A stretch of DNA of 63,222 nucleotides from the NCBI GenBank assembly GCA_023664725.1, contig JAMPFA010000001.1, positions 599,191-662,412 on the forward strand, read 5' to 3'. The position numbers and the translations under genes were made by a program. Below are positions 20,385 to 29,877 of this stretch, piece after piece; the first letter of the stretch is position 1, and each line of letters starts with the position of its first letter. The DNA comes from Roseburia sp. (GTDB lineage Bacteria > Bacillota > Clostridia > Lachnospirales > Lachnospiraceae). Below the pieces are notes generated by a model. It saw only the letters and a list, made by a program, of their open reading frames with translations. It was not told the origin of the DNA and did no database searches.

Positions 20385-22168
20385 TTATAAACTGCGATAA
20401 ACCCTGCACTGTTTTCAAATACCTTGGGAAAACGTTCCCACAGTTCTTCATATTTTTTGTATTCTTTACTGTCTTTTATCACACACAGATACTCCGGCTG
20501 TGTCTCTTTTGCATACTCCTTTATCTCTTTTGTTTTCATATACAGATACGGTACATACCACTGGTTTGTGATCGCTTCCTCAAAATAACGCTCACGCACA
20601 TTCATCACCGGACAGATCCTTTTTTTCTCCGATTGATAAATCGCATATGCCTTCTCATACAACTCTTTTTTGAAAGGCTCCTTATCCAGATGTTCTGCCC
20701 GGTCCACTTCCCTGGTCATTGCGCAGAAATTCTCCATATAAATCCTGCAGTAATCATATCCCTCCTGGGGATTTTCTGCCAGGTATTCATTGGCAGCAGA
20801 AATTTTTGGCGGAATTTCTGCCAATACCACCACAACAGGCAAGATCCAGGCAGCAAAACATGCCAGCATGATCTCCTGTCCTTTTTTTTCCGCAATCTCC
20901 TCTAACCCTTCATAGGCAAACAGAAAAACAAACGCCCACATAAGATAATTATTTTTATAATAGTAGTACGCAGATACAGCCTCTGTTAAAGAAGCACAAA
21001 ACATGATTAGCATATATGCACCTTCCAACAGAAAAAACACCAGAAGGCAATAAGATTTCCTTTTCTTTATACGGTGAAATATGCCCAAAAAAAACAGGAA
21101 TAGAAACGGCACAAAATCTGTAAAATTATTTCTATAAATATACCCCTCCCGGCTAATAGCATTGGTCACTGTCACTCCGTCCTTAAATATGCCCCTGTAA
21201 GTAAACCAGAGCCCAATAAAACATGGATATGCAAACACAAAAAACTCCCTTGCTGCCCACACATAAAAAACTTTCCTTTCACTCCATGCCTTCCATGCCA
21301 ATATGACAAATACTGCCAAAAACACAGGCGGAACATACAGTGCATAGCAGCAGATCAATCCGCCGCATCCTGCCAAAAGATACCATTGTGCCGTATTTTC
21401 CGAGGCATTTCCCTCCAGATACTCCTCTAAAATTTTCCACAAGAATATCACCAGAGTAACTCCCATACCCTGATATAAAAATCCGGTAATCATATGGTTG
21501 AGCGGATACCCCAAAAGATATAGCAGCAGAAGTCCCCCGCCTGCAATCTTTCCACACTTTCCCCAGTTGTCTTTTCTAATAAAAGCATAGAGGGAAATTC
21601 CTGACAGATAAAGCCAGATCATGTCTATATAGGATTCCGCCCGATACAAATCCGTTTCTTTATAGATCATAGAAAAGAACGATAGCAAAAAAGAATTATT
21701 CAGGGAAGAAAAATACATCGCATCTACTTTTCCTGTCAAAAACACCATAAATGCCTCGTGATAATGAGTCGCCGCATCTGTAGAAATATAGACAAAACGC
21801 ACCGGAAACCCATACCGGATAACCCCCAGAGCCGCTACAAAAACAGCCAATCCTAAAATTGCAAAAACATCCAGCTTTTCCCATACATACTCCTGTCTGC
21901 TCCCGGTGCGGTATTCATAAAAAAGCAGGCTTATCCCAAGTACCGCATCTAATATTCCAAAAGATGTCACAGAACAGGGAATTTGCAATGCCATCACAAC
22001 GGGCGCTGCCAGTACATGGAAACAAAGTACCATAAGCACTGAGATCACGCCCCATGCAATACCCAAAAGAGTCTTTTCCGATTTTCTCTGTCGATAAATG
22101 CCGGCCACCGCCAGAAAAAATCCTGCTGCAAATAATATGTTTCCGGCTAAGATCGCAATGCCCATCAC
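20381..22168 (-). CDS. Large polytopic membrane protein, paralog of 16946..18796 (GT-C-like).
   Basis: 595 aa, many TM helices, AYYYYKNNYLMW motif shared with the 616-aa paralog; ATGA coupling on both sides. Confidence 0.55.
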   Translation of the reverse strand: MMGIAILAGNILFAAGFFLAVAGIYRQRKSEKTLLGIAWGVISVLMVLCFHVLAAPVVMALQIPCSVTSFGILDAVLGISLLFYEYRTGSRQEYVWEKLDVFAILGLAVFVAALGVIRYGFPVRFVYISTDAATHYHEAFMVFLTGKVDAMYFSSLNNSFLLSFFSMIYKETDLYRAESYIDMIWLYLSGISLYAFIRKDNWGKCGKIAGGGLLLLYLLGYPLNHMITGFLYQGMGVTLVIFLWKILEEYLEGNASENTAQWYLLAGCGGLICCYALYVPPVFLAVFVILAWKAWSERKVFYVWAAREFFVFAYPCFIGLWFTYRGIFKDGVTVTNAISREGYIYRNNFTDFVPFLFLFFLGIFHRIKKRKSYCLLVFFLLEGAYMLIMFCASLTEAVSAYYYYKNNYLMWAFVFLFAYEGLEEIAEKKGQEIMLACFAAWILPVVVVLAEIPPKISAANEYLAENPQEGYDYCRIYMENFCAMTREVDRAEHLDKEPFKKELYEKAYAIYQSEKKRICPVMNVRERYFEEAITNQWYVPYLYMKTKEIKEYAKETQPEYLCVIKDSKEYKKYEELWERFPKVFENSAGFIAVYK

Positions 22169-24396
22169 TGCCTCCCTCTAATTCTCTTTTTTTCATAAAC
22201 CCATGTGAAAATCCACAGGATCAGACTAAAAAGTGAAATCATATCAAATATATGCCACAGGGGAACCCCCGTGTATCCCACCTTCACATCCCCTGTATAA
22301 TCTGCCGGAAACCATATCCGAAGCCGGTTATTTTCCCCCAAACCGCAACGCAGGACATTCCCGCTTTTATCCCATGCCTGATATCCTTTAAAATACAGCA
22401 GGGTTGTATCGATATAAGAACCTGATCTCGCAGAAACCTTCATTCCCACACTCCCCATATCCTGTTGGTATTTAAACAGCGTTATGCCAGATTCTGAAAT
22501 CTTCGGTTCCATATTCTTCAGCGCTTCCACATCTGTAGACTGAAGCAGGTAATCACTTGCCATGTAAGTTTCCGGAATGGCATCGCCATGATAGATATAC
22601 GCAGTTTTGGTATAATCACATATGCCTATAAACAGAATAAACGAAATAACAAACCCGGAAACGATCAGTGTTTTCTTCGGTATTCCTTTCCCGACTTCCA
22701 CTGCCGCAAATCCTGTTCCCAATGCCAGAAACGCACTTGCCGGCCCTAAAAAACGCCAGGGAAATTGTAGCAGTCCCGCTACATCATGAAAGATATCACT
22801 TTGCATAAATAAATCCCAGGGAAATATTTTTGTAGCGCATACTCCTATCCCACAGGCAGCGCACCACAACGCCAGGATCATTTTTTTTCTGTGGGGATCC
22901 TGACAAATATTTTTATCATACAGCACACAAAAGCAAAGAACTGCCCCCAGTGTAAGGATCATCCCCAATGTCCTGGGATCTTCCCTGTTCACTGCTACAA
23001 ATAATTCTCCAAACTCAATAGCATAATTCTGTGCATCCACGATCATACTGGCTATGTTGGTGTACTCCCTGCCTTCATACATCTCAAAAAAAGGGACAAG
23101 AAACCAGGCACACAGCCCAAAAGATGCCACAGCTGCCTTGCACAAAGCCAAAAAAGCATCTTTCTTAAAAACTTTTCTTGTAAAAATTAATGAAAACCAT
23201 ACCAGCAGTACTACAGCAAATAATGTTGAAAGAATATGGCTTAACACCAATCCTGTCATAGCAATGCTAAGAGGTCTCCACTCTGCTCTCTCCTGAAAAA
23301 CCGCCACATAAAAACCACAGATAACCAGCGGGAAAAAGCACATGGCAACGCATTCACCCAGATCGGCCCGATAATAAAAATTGCAGGCAAAATATTCGCA
23401 AAACACATACACAATAGCGCAAAGCACCCCTACAGTATCGTCTCCCCCCATCTTCTTTGCAGCATAAAACATGATAAGAGCTGCCAGAAGATGAATGCAA
23501 AAACCAAAAATCTGCAGACTCACCGCTAAAGAAACGCCACACAAACACAACACAGCAGGAAAATACAAAAAGAGATCGGGATAATACAGGCCGCAGCCAT
23601 ATCCCGCTCCATAGTATGCGGATGGATATACCCTGACTGGAAACTGTCCTGCTAAAAGCCCATCCCGTATACCTACAATCCGCATTAAATGAAACTGCAG
23701 ATCATCTCCACCATACAAAACATTGGCGAAATACGGATAAGATGAGGCAATTGCGGCGAGAAGCAGCTGAGCAAACACTGTAAATTTCTTTCTCCCTCTT
23801 CTCTTTAAAACCACCATTCCCAGAATGTAAAAAAACAGCACAAAAAATGCTATGGCGAGAATGTCACACGGGCAATACTCCTGCCCATCCACTGCCATAT
23901 CAAAAATTTCCAGCTTTCCCTTTCCCCCGTAATACATATTGATATCTATACCTTCTGTATATTCATTCAGACAAATGGAAATCTCCTCGGCGCTCCAATC
24001 TTCCCCTTCTGACTTCGGAAGAACATAACGTTCTTTACATTTAATGGCATCTTTTATCCTCGTCTGAAAAGATATGTAATTGCCCTCACTGTCGGCAGAA
24101 TATCTGATCGTAATCCGGTATTCCCCCTTATCCAATGAAACAGCAGGGCAAGTAACAAACAACCCTGCCCCAAAAGAAAGTTCTTCGTCCACATACTGTG
24201 CCCTTTTCAAAAAATACTTCTTTGACTTTCCCTCTTCACATAAAAGATCACTTCTGCCATACTCCCTATGGTAGTAAGCTGTTGGCAGTTTTATAACTGT
24301 CACAAGGCAAATTAATATAAATCCAAAAATGAAAAAACGGAACCACCCGGCATGTCCATATTCATTCCACTGATCTTGCAGTATATTTTTTCCCAT
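22165..24396 (-). CDS. YfhO-like large membrane protein with an N-terminal signal anchor and ~150-aa extracytoplasmic domain preceding the polytopic core, plus a C-terminal TM.
   Basis: 743 aa; YGGDDLQFHLMRIVGIRDG motif at the start of the membrane core; C-terminal soluble region then a final TM; first gene of the 4-gene membrane array. Confidence 0.5.
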   Translation of the reverse strand: MGKNILQDQWNEYGHAGWFRFFIFGFILICLVTVIKLPTAYYHREYGRSDLLCEEGKSKKYFLKRAQYVDEELSFGAGLFVTCPAVSLDKGEYRITIRYSADSEGNYISFQTRIKDAIKCKERYVLPKSEGEDWSAEEISICLNEYTEGIDINMYYGGKGKLEIFDMAVDGQEYCPCDILAIAFFVLFFYILGMVVLKRRGRKKFTVFAQLLLAAIASSYPYFANVLYGGDDLQFHLMRIVGIRDGLLAGQFPVRVYPSAYYGAGYGCGLYYPDLFLYFPAVLCLCGVSLAVSLQIFGFCIHLLAALIMFYAAKKMGGDDTVGVLCAIVYVFCEYFACNFYYRADLGECVAMCFFPLVICGFYVAVFQERAEWRPLSIAMTGLVLSHILSTLFAVVLLVWFSLIFTRKVFKKDAFLALCKAAVASFGLCAWFLVPFFEMYEGREYTNIASMIVDAQNYAIEFGELFVAVNREDPRTLGMILTLGAVLCFCVLYDKNICQDPHRKKMILALWCAACGIGVCATKIFPWDLFMQSDIFHDVAGLLQFPWRFLGPASAFLALGTGFAAVEVGKGIPKKTLIVSGFVISFILFIGICDYTKTAYIYHGDAIPETYMASDYLLQSTDVEALKNMEPKISESGITLFKYQQDMGSVGMKVSARSGSYIDTTLLYFKGYQAWDKSGNVLRCGLGENNRLRIWFPADYTGDVKVGYTGVPLWHIFDMISLFSLILWIFTWVYEKKRIRGRQ

Positions 24397-24540
24397 TCCA
24401 TCACCTTTTTCTGTCTCGTATTATGATATTATTTTGTCATTTCTGTTTCCCAAGCTAATAAAACAATTTATTCTTGCCATCCCTCCCCTGGTATGCTATA
24501 TTAGTTCCATAATGTGAAACAAAAAAGGGGGACTGCTGTC

Positions 24541-25311
24541 ATGGAGGAAAAAAATCCAATCCAGTCTGCGGAACGAATTTTTAAAATAATGGAACTCCTT
24601 GCTGAGAAGGGGGAAATGGGACTGTTGGAATTAAGCCAGGAGTTAAATCTGAATAAGAGCACGGTACACCGCATGCTCTCCTCCCTGATCTATATGGGGT
24701 ACGCCAGGCAAAACGAAACTGACCAGAAGTACAAGCTGTCCTTTAAACTGGTGACTATGGCGGGAAAGCTGCTGGAGCACACAGATATCCTTCCCATTGC
24801 AAGGCCTTATCTGGAAAATCTCTCACGGCTTTCCGGGGAAACTGTCCACCTGGTACAACGGGAGGGCAGCCAGATCCTCTATATTGACAAAGTGGAATCC
24901 AATGTGGGCTCCATCCGCATGGTATCACATGTGGGCATGGCATTTCCCATGTACTGTTCCGGTGTGGGCAAAGCTATTATGTCCACCATGGGAGAAGAAG
25001 AACTTTCCCAGGTTTGGAATGACAGCAGGATAGAAAAAAAGACAGAATATACCATCACTGATTTCCACCGGCTCAAACAGGTATTAGAACAGGTGAAAAA
25101 ACAGGGCTATGCCCTGGACAATGAGGAAAACGAGCTGGGTGTCCGCTGTATTGCCGCCTGCATTTACGACTATCACAGAAAAGTCAAATATGCCTTTTCC
25201 ATCTCGGGACCTGTAAACCGCATGACAGATGAACGCATCAAAGAACTGTCCCTGGAGGTGCTGCGGGTAAAACAGGAATTGTCCGCAGAGCTGGGATATG
25301 CCGGAAAATAG
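24541..25311 (+). CDS. IclR-family transcriptional regulator (KdgR-like).
   Basis: N-terminal HTH (ERIFKIMELLAEKGEMGLLELSQELNLNKSTVHRML) and C-terminal IclR effector domain. ATG at 24541 with RBS agggggac preferred over the GTG at 24514. Confidence 0.85.
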   Translation: MEEKNPIQSAERIFKIMELLAEKGEMGLLELSQELNLNKSTVHRMLSSLIYMGYARQNETDQKYKLSFKLVTMAGKLLEHTDILPIARPYLENLSRLSGETVHLVQREGSQILYIDKVESNVGSIRMVSHVGMAFPMYCSGVGKAIMSTMGEEELSQVWNDSRIEKKTEYTITDFHRLKQVLEQVKKQGYALDNEENELGVRCIAACIYDYHRKVKYAFSISGPVNRMTDERIKELSLEVLRVKQELSAELGYAGK

Positions 25312-25317
25312 GCATTG

Positions 25318-25866
25318 TCATTCCACCCCCGGCATTCTCCTTGAAAGATTATGAAAATCTTTTACAGCATCCCAGATTTCCTCTATGGAAACCGGAGCGC
25401 CTTCATTGGCGTCTACTCCTACTTCATAACGGCGGATTTTCTCATATACCGGCTGGGAACGATGGAGATGCCCGTGAAGATGGATGCGGTCTTTTGCGTA
25501 ACCCGACCAGCTTTCTAATGGAAAATGAAACAGCACCCACTTCGTTTCAAGCTCATGCAGTTCATGATAATACTTCGCCCATACAAAATATCCTCTCTTA
25601 AAATCCGACTCTTCCAGATAGGCGTCATTGTTGCCGATGATAAGATACTTCTTTCCATTTAACGCCTCTAAAATCTCATTTGTCTCCCCTACACTCCCAT
25701 TAGAGAAATCCCCCAGGATATAAATGGAATCCTCCTCTCTTAACCTTTCATTCCAACGTTTTATGAGATAAGCATTTCTGTCCTCAGTGTTGTGAAACTG
25801 AATTTCTCCAACCCGCAGATCTCCTTTCTGATAGAAAAAATGTGTATCCGATGTAAAATAAATCAT
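25318..25866 (-). CDS. Calcineurin-like metallophosphoesterase.
   Basis: MIYFTSDTHFFY...ILGDFSNG...GNNDAY...HGHLH motifs. Confidence 0.75.
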   Translation of the reverse strand: MIYFTSDTHFFYQKGDLRVGEIQFHNTEDRNAYLIKRWNERLREEDSIYILGDFSNGSVGETNEILEALNGKKYLIIGNNDAYLEESDFKRGYFVWAKYYHELHELETKWVLFHFPLESWSGYAKDRIHLHGHLHRSQPVYEKIRRYEVGVDANEGAPVSIEEIWDAVKDFHNLSRRMPGVE

Positions 25867-25894
25867 AACCGCTCCTCCACCAAAATACGCCAGG

Positions 25895-27595
25895 TCAACT
25901 GCTCTTCACTGCGATCTCCCGATATAATGCAATATTGTTTTTCCCATGCTTTTTCACATAGTACATCGCAGAATCCGACGCATCCACAATATCCTTTACA
26001 TTATCTGCATCCTCCGGAAACATAGCTACACCGATGCTGGAATGGAGAGTATATTCTTTCTCCTCCAAGATAAAGGGGTCTTTAAATGTAACTTTGATCA
26101 TCCTAGCATAATTTTTTGCCAGCTCCTCGCTGGCTCCGTCCACAATGGCAGTAAACTCATCTCCCGCCAGACGGTACATCTGAAAAACCGCATTCTCCAT
26201 GTCACTGCACCGCCTTGCAAGTTCTCTTAACACCACATCACCATTATTGTGTCCCAATGTGTCATTTATATTTTTAAAACCGTCCACATCAAACAAGATC
26301 AACCCGAAGGGCTCTTTGTCATCAATTTTTCTCTGCAATTCCTTGTAAAATACCGCCCGGTTTTTAAGACCCGTCAGCCTGTCTGTTTTTGCCGCAGTCT
26401 CAAAGGTATCTTTCTCTATCTGCAGATTCCTGTTTATCCGGTTCTTTTTCCGGTTATCCACCATAAGCCGGATAACAATTACAACCAGTGTAGCCATGAT
26501 CAACACTGTAATAACGATAGGCACACGGTTCCTCTCCCAGAAACTGACCTGGTGATTGACAATATGGCTGCCTTTCGGCAGATCTGATTGTTTTATATTA
26601 AACCTCCGCATCATATTTTCATCAAAGCAGTACTCTCTGGGAGAGCTGCGGACCACATCAGGCAATTTTCCATCCCTGTTTTCAAACTCCTCTTTCAGCA
26701 TGGTGGCCGCAATGTATCCCATCTGGCTTTGGGAGATAATCTCCCCTCCAAACATTCCATATCCCATTCCTATGGAAACAATGGCAAATGTAGGCACGTT
26801 TGCATTTGAGCTCACCCAGGAAACAGCCTCTTTGCTTGTATAAGCATTGCCATCTTTATCATTGCTGCACATAATATAAAACAGAATGGAATCCTTCTCT
26901 ATCTCCCCCAGTTTTTCTCCAAATTCTTTCTTGCTGTACTCGCTTGCATTGATCTCAGAAAATTCCAGTTCCTGATAATCTGCCGCCAGACTGAAAAATG
27001 CTTTCCGCTCACTGTCTGCGGTAATACTGTCATCCAAAATAGCAACCAGTCTGGTTGCATTAGGATAGAGACTGCGTGCCAATTCTATGGTATTTACATA
27101 GGAGAGTTCCTCCACTACACCGGAAATCAGTGGATCATCTCTGCTGACCTCCATGGCAAGGTTTACATTGTTCACCCCCTCAAAGGCTATAAAAAGATCC
27201 GAAAACAATTCCTCCTCATGATCCAGCACAAACTGAAATGCCGCATCGTCCCCCACGATAACTCCGTCATAGGGTTTCACCTCCGACATATACTGGCGCA
27301 TGCTCTCATAGAACAGATCCATACTCTCCTGGGAATTGACATTTTTGGTATCCATAAATTTGTAGTCGATAACCACATCATCCCCGAAAGCCTCCTTGAT
27401 TCCCTCGATCTGCAATGGAACCGTCTCCCAGCTATAAGAGTAAGAACTGATAAACAACACTCTCTTATCCTCTGCCTGTGAGGCATATGAATGACATATC
27501 TCCGTCCTAAAAAAAATGCAAAAAATGAACAAAAAAATTGCCGGAAATTTTAACTTCCCCAACCTCATCATAATCCTTCCCTTTTTCACATGCAA
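25895..27595 (-). CDS. Membrane-bound diguanylate cyclase (GGDEF) with a periplasmic sensor domain.
   Basis: Signal/TM, ~330-aa periplasmic domain, TM, then GGDEF domain (RLTGLKNRA...FDVDGFKNINDTLGH...RLAGDEF). Confidence 0.85.
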   Translation of the reverse strand: MHVKKGRIMMRLGKLKFPAIFLFIFCIFFRTEICHSYASQAEDKRVLFISSYSYSWETVPLQIEGIKEAFGDDVVIDYKFMDTKNVNSQESMDLFYESMRQYMSEVKPYDGVIVGDDAAFQFVLDHEEELFSDLFIAFEGVNNVNLAMEVSRDDPLISGVVEELSYVNTIELARSLYPNATRLVAILDDSITADSERKAFFSLAADYQELEFSEINASEYSKKEFGEKLGEIEKDSILFYIMCSNDKDGNAYTSKEAVSWVSSNANVPTFAIVSIGMGYGMFGGEIISQSQMGYIAATMLKEEFENRDGKLPDVVRSSPREYCFDENMMRRFNIKQSDLPKGSHIVNHQVSFWERNRVPIVITVLIMATLVVIVIRLMVDNRKKNRINRNLQIEKDTFETAAKTDRLTGLKNRAVFYKELQRKIDDKEPFGLILFDVDGFKNINDTLGHNNGDVVLRELARRCSDMENAVFQMYRLAGDEFTAIVDGASEELAKNYARMIKVTFKDPFILEEKEYTLHSSIGVAMFPEDADNVKDIVDASDSAMYYVKKHGKNNIALYREIAVKSS

Positions 27596-27704
27596 ATCCT
27601 GATATTATATTATATTGTATTTTATCATACCATAATTCCCAGAGATTTTACAGTAATCTGGAGCAAATTGCACGATTTTGCTGATTTTTGACAAGTTTTT
27701 GCAC

Positions 27705-27738
27705 AAAAAGGAACTGCCGCAGGATCTACGGCAGTTCC
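27705..27738 (-). terminator. Rho-independent terminator of the dha operon: perfect 10-bp stem ggaactgccg / cggcagttcc followed on the minus strand by T5.
   Basis: Directly downstream of the dhaK stop (27761). Confidence 0.6.
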
Positions 27739-27760
27739 CTGTAAGAAATATAAGATTGAT

Positions 27761-28756
27761 TTAAACCTGCACAAATGCCGGTGTGTCAGCCGGAGCATTT
27801 AAGTATTTCTTTAACTCGTCGTCCAGTTTCAACAGTGATACAGAGTACCCAGCCATATCGATGGATGTCATATAATTGCCCACAAGAGTTTTGGCAATCT
27901 TAATCTTCTTGTCAGAAAGTATCTTTGACACTGCCAGATTGGCAAGATAAAGTTCCTGTAAAGGTGTTGCCCCCAGGCCGTTTACCAGAACAGCCACTTC
28001 ATCTCCCTCTTTGTAAATGCCCTCCGCTAAGATTTTATCCAGAAGATGTGCGGTGGTATCTTCCACACTGCGAATCTTTTCTCTATGGGTTCCCGGCTCG
28101 CCGTGGATACCCATTCCGATCTCCACCTCATCCTCTGCCAGCTCAAAACTTGGTTTTCCGGCAGATGGAACAGTACAGGGTGCAATCGCCATGCCCATAC
28201 TTCTCACATTTGCGATTACCTTTTCTGCCACAGCTTTTACTTTTTCCAGATCATTTCCTTCCTCTGCACATGCACCTGCGCACTTGTGTACAAAAATAGT
28301 TCCTGCTATACCTCTTCTTCCGGTGGTCCAGGTGCTGTCCTCCACAGCCACGTCGTCGTTTACCACGACCTTTTCCACCTTGATCCCCTCGTCCTCTGCC
28401 ATCTCTGCTGCCATCTCAAAGTTCATCACGTCTCCGGTATAGTTTTTGATTACCAGAAGTATTCCCTTGCCGCCGTCTGCAGCTTTGACCGCCTCGTAGA
28501 CCTGATCCGGGGTGGGGGAAGTAAACATAGCGCCTGCAACTGCTGCATCCAGCATACCTTTTCCCACAAATCCCCCGTGTGACGGCTCATGTCCGCTTCC
28601 GCCGCCGCTGATCAATGCAACTTTGCCCTGAGTGCCCCCTGCTCTCACCAGCACATCACAGTCCTCCACCCTCTTTACATACTCCGGGTGGGCACATACC
28701 ATGCCTCTTAGCATTTCATCCACGATATTGTCCGGATTGTTGATCATTTTCTTCAT
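27761..28756 (-). CDS. dhaK: Dihydroxyacetone kinase subunit DhaK.
   Basis: 331 aa; IVDEMLRGM...ALISGGGSGHEP signature. Confidence 0.9.
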   Translation of the reverse strand: MKKMINNPDNIVDEMLRGMVCAHPEYVKRVEDCDVLVRAGGTQGKVALISGGGSGHEPSHGGFVGKGMLDAAVAGAMFTSPTPDQVYEAVKAADGGKGILLVIKNYTGDVMNFEMAAEMAEDEGIKVEKVVVNDDVAVEDSTWTTGRRGIAGTIFVHKCAGACAEEGNDLEKVKAVAEKVIANVRSMGMAIAPCTVPSAGKPSFELAEDEVEIGMGIHGEPGTHREKIRSVEDTTAHLLDKILAEGIYKEGDEVAVLVNGLGATPLQELYLANLAVSKILSDKKIKIAKTLVGNYMTSIDMAGYSVSLLKLDDELKKYLNAPADTPAFVQV

Positions 28757-28775
28757 CGTAAAATCCTCCCTTTTC

Positions 28776-29165
28776 TCATCCTAATTTTGACATCTCTCTC
28801 GCCTGCTCCGCCATCTTTTTTACTTCCTCCAGATTTCCGCCCACAGCGGCCTCGACGGCAGCCCCCACGGCTCCCTCCAAAATCGGTGCGTCTGCGATTT
28901 CCACTGTAATGTCCTCCTCCAGCAGATCGATGGCAGTCTGAGCGCTTAATATTCCGCTGCCTAGATCTGCCAGAACCAGCACTCCGTCGCCGTCATTTGC
29001 CTTTTCAATGTGCTCCTTGATACGGATCGCATCTGTCCCCAGACTGCCGTCCTCCATGCCCCCCACGGCAAAGATGCGGTGACCTTCCCCCGCCATCTGG
29101 GCTGCCAGCTCATAGATGCCCTCTGCGGCTTTTTTACTGTGGGATACAATAACCATTCCTACCAT
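28776..29165 (-). CDS. dhaM: Dihydroxyacetone kinase phosphotransfer subunit DhaM (PTS EIIA-Man-like).
   Basis: 129 aa; MVGMVIVSHSKKAAEG...DLGSG pattern. Confidence 0.8.
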   Translation of the reverse strand: MVGMVIVSHSKKAAEGIYELAAQMAGEGHRIFAVGGMEDGSLGTDAIRIKEHIEKANDGDGVLVLADLGSGILSAQTAIDLLEEDITVEIADAPILEGAVGAAVEAAVGGNLEEVKKMAEQAREMSKLG

Positions 29166-29181
29166 AGCTCTCTCCTTTCGC

Positions 29182-29811
29182 CTATTTTAGATTTTCCTGG
29201 TAAAATTTCAAAATAGCCTCCAAAGTGATGAGGGAAGATGTCGCTCCCGGGTCCTGATGCCCGATACTCCGCTCCCCAAGATAGCTGGCACGGCCCTTTG
29301 TTGCCTTGATGGTCTTTGTATATTCCACCCCTTCTCTTGCCGCCTGGCACATTGCCAAAAGACACTTTTCCGGGTCATCGCCGTTTTCCATTCCTTTTGT
29401 CAGTGCATCCATTGCGGGTTCCAATGCGTCCAACATCGTCTTTTCTCCCCGGTTGGCTTTCCCCCGCATTTTGATTCCCCCGATAACCGCCTCAAGCATC
29501 GCCTTTCCATCCTCCAGGGTAATGGCAGTCTTTCCCGCCACCGGACCGGCGGCCTTCATGTACGCTGTTCCGTATAGTGGACCGGAAGCTCCCCCCACCT
29601 TGGAGAGAAGGGTCATGCCTGCCTTTTTTAACACCTTTCCTATGTCCTCCTCATCCTGAGGAAGCTTGGCAAGCACCTCGGTATACCCCCTTGCCATGTT
29701 CACCCCGTGGTCGGCATCGCCAATCTCCCTGTCCAGATCCGTAAGAAAATCTTTGTTGGCGATAATATCGTTTCCGATCTGTTCCACGCACTGATAGATT
29801 TTCGTTGCCAT
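29182..29811 (-). CDS. dhaL: Dihydroxyacetone kinase ADP-binding subunit DhaL.
   Basis: 209 aa; DLDREIGDADHGVNMARG signature. Confidence 0.9.
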   Translation of the reverse strand: MATKIYQCVEQIGNDIIANKDFLTDLDREIGDADHGVNMARGYTEVLAKLPQDEEDIGKVLKKAGMTLLSKVGGASGPLYGTAYMKAAGPVAGKTAITLEDGKAMLEAVIGGIKMRGKANRGEKTMLDALEPAMDALTKGMENGDDPEKCLLAMCQAAREGVEYTKTIKATKGRASYLGERSIGHQDPGATSSLITLEAILKFYQENLK

Positions 29812-29877
29812 TGTAAAAACCCTCCTTTTCTCTTAATTTATAGGCCGAAAGGTGGATTCCCCGGCCGCTGCACCGGC

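Noticed and set aside
24514-24540. GTG start at 24514 for the IclR regulator.
   Set aside because: An ATG at 24541 is preceded by a G-rich RBS at the proper spacing and yields the conserved IclR N-terminus.
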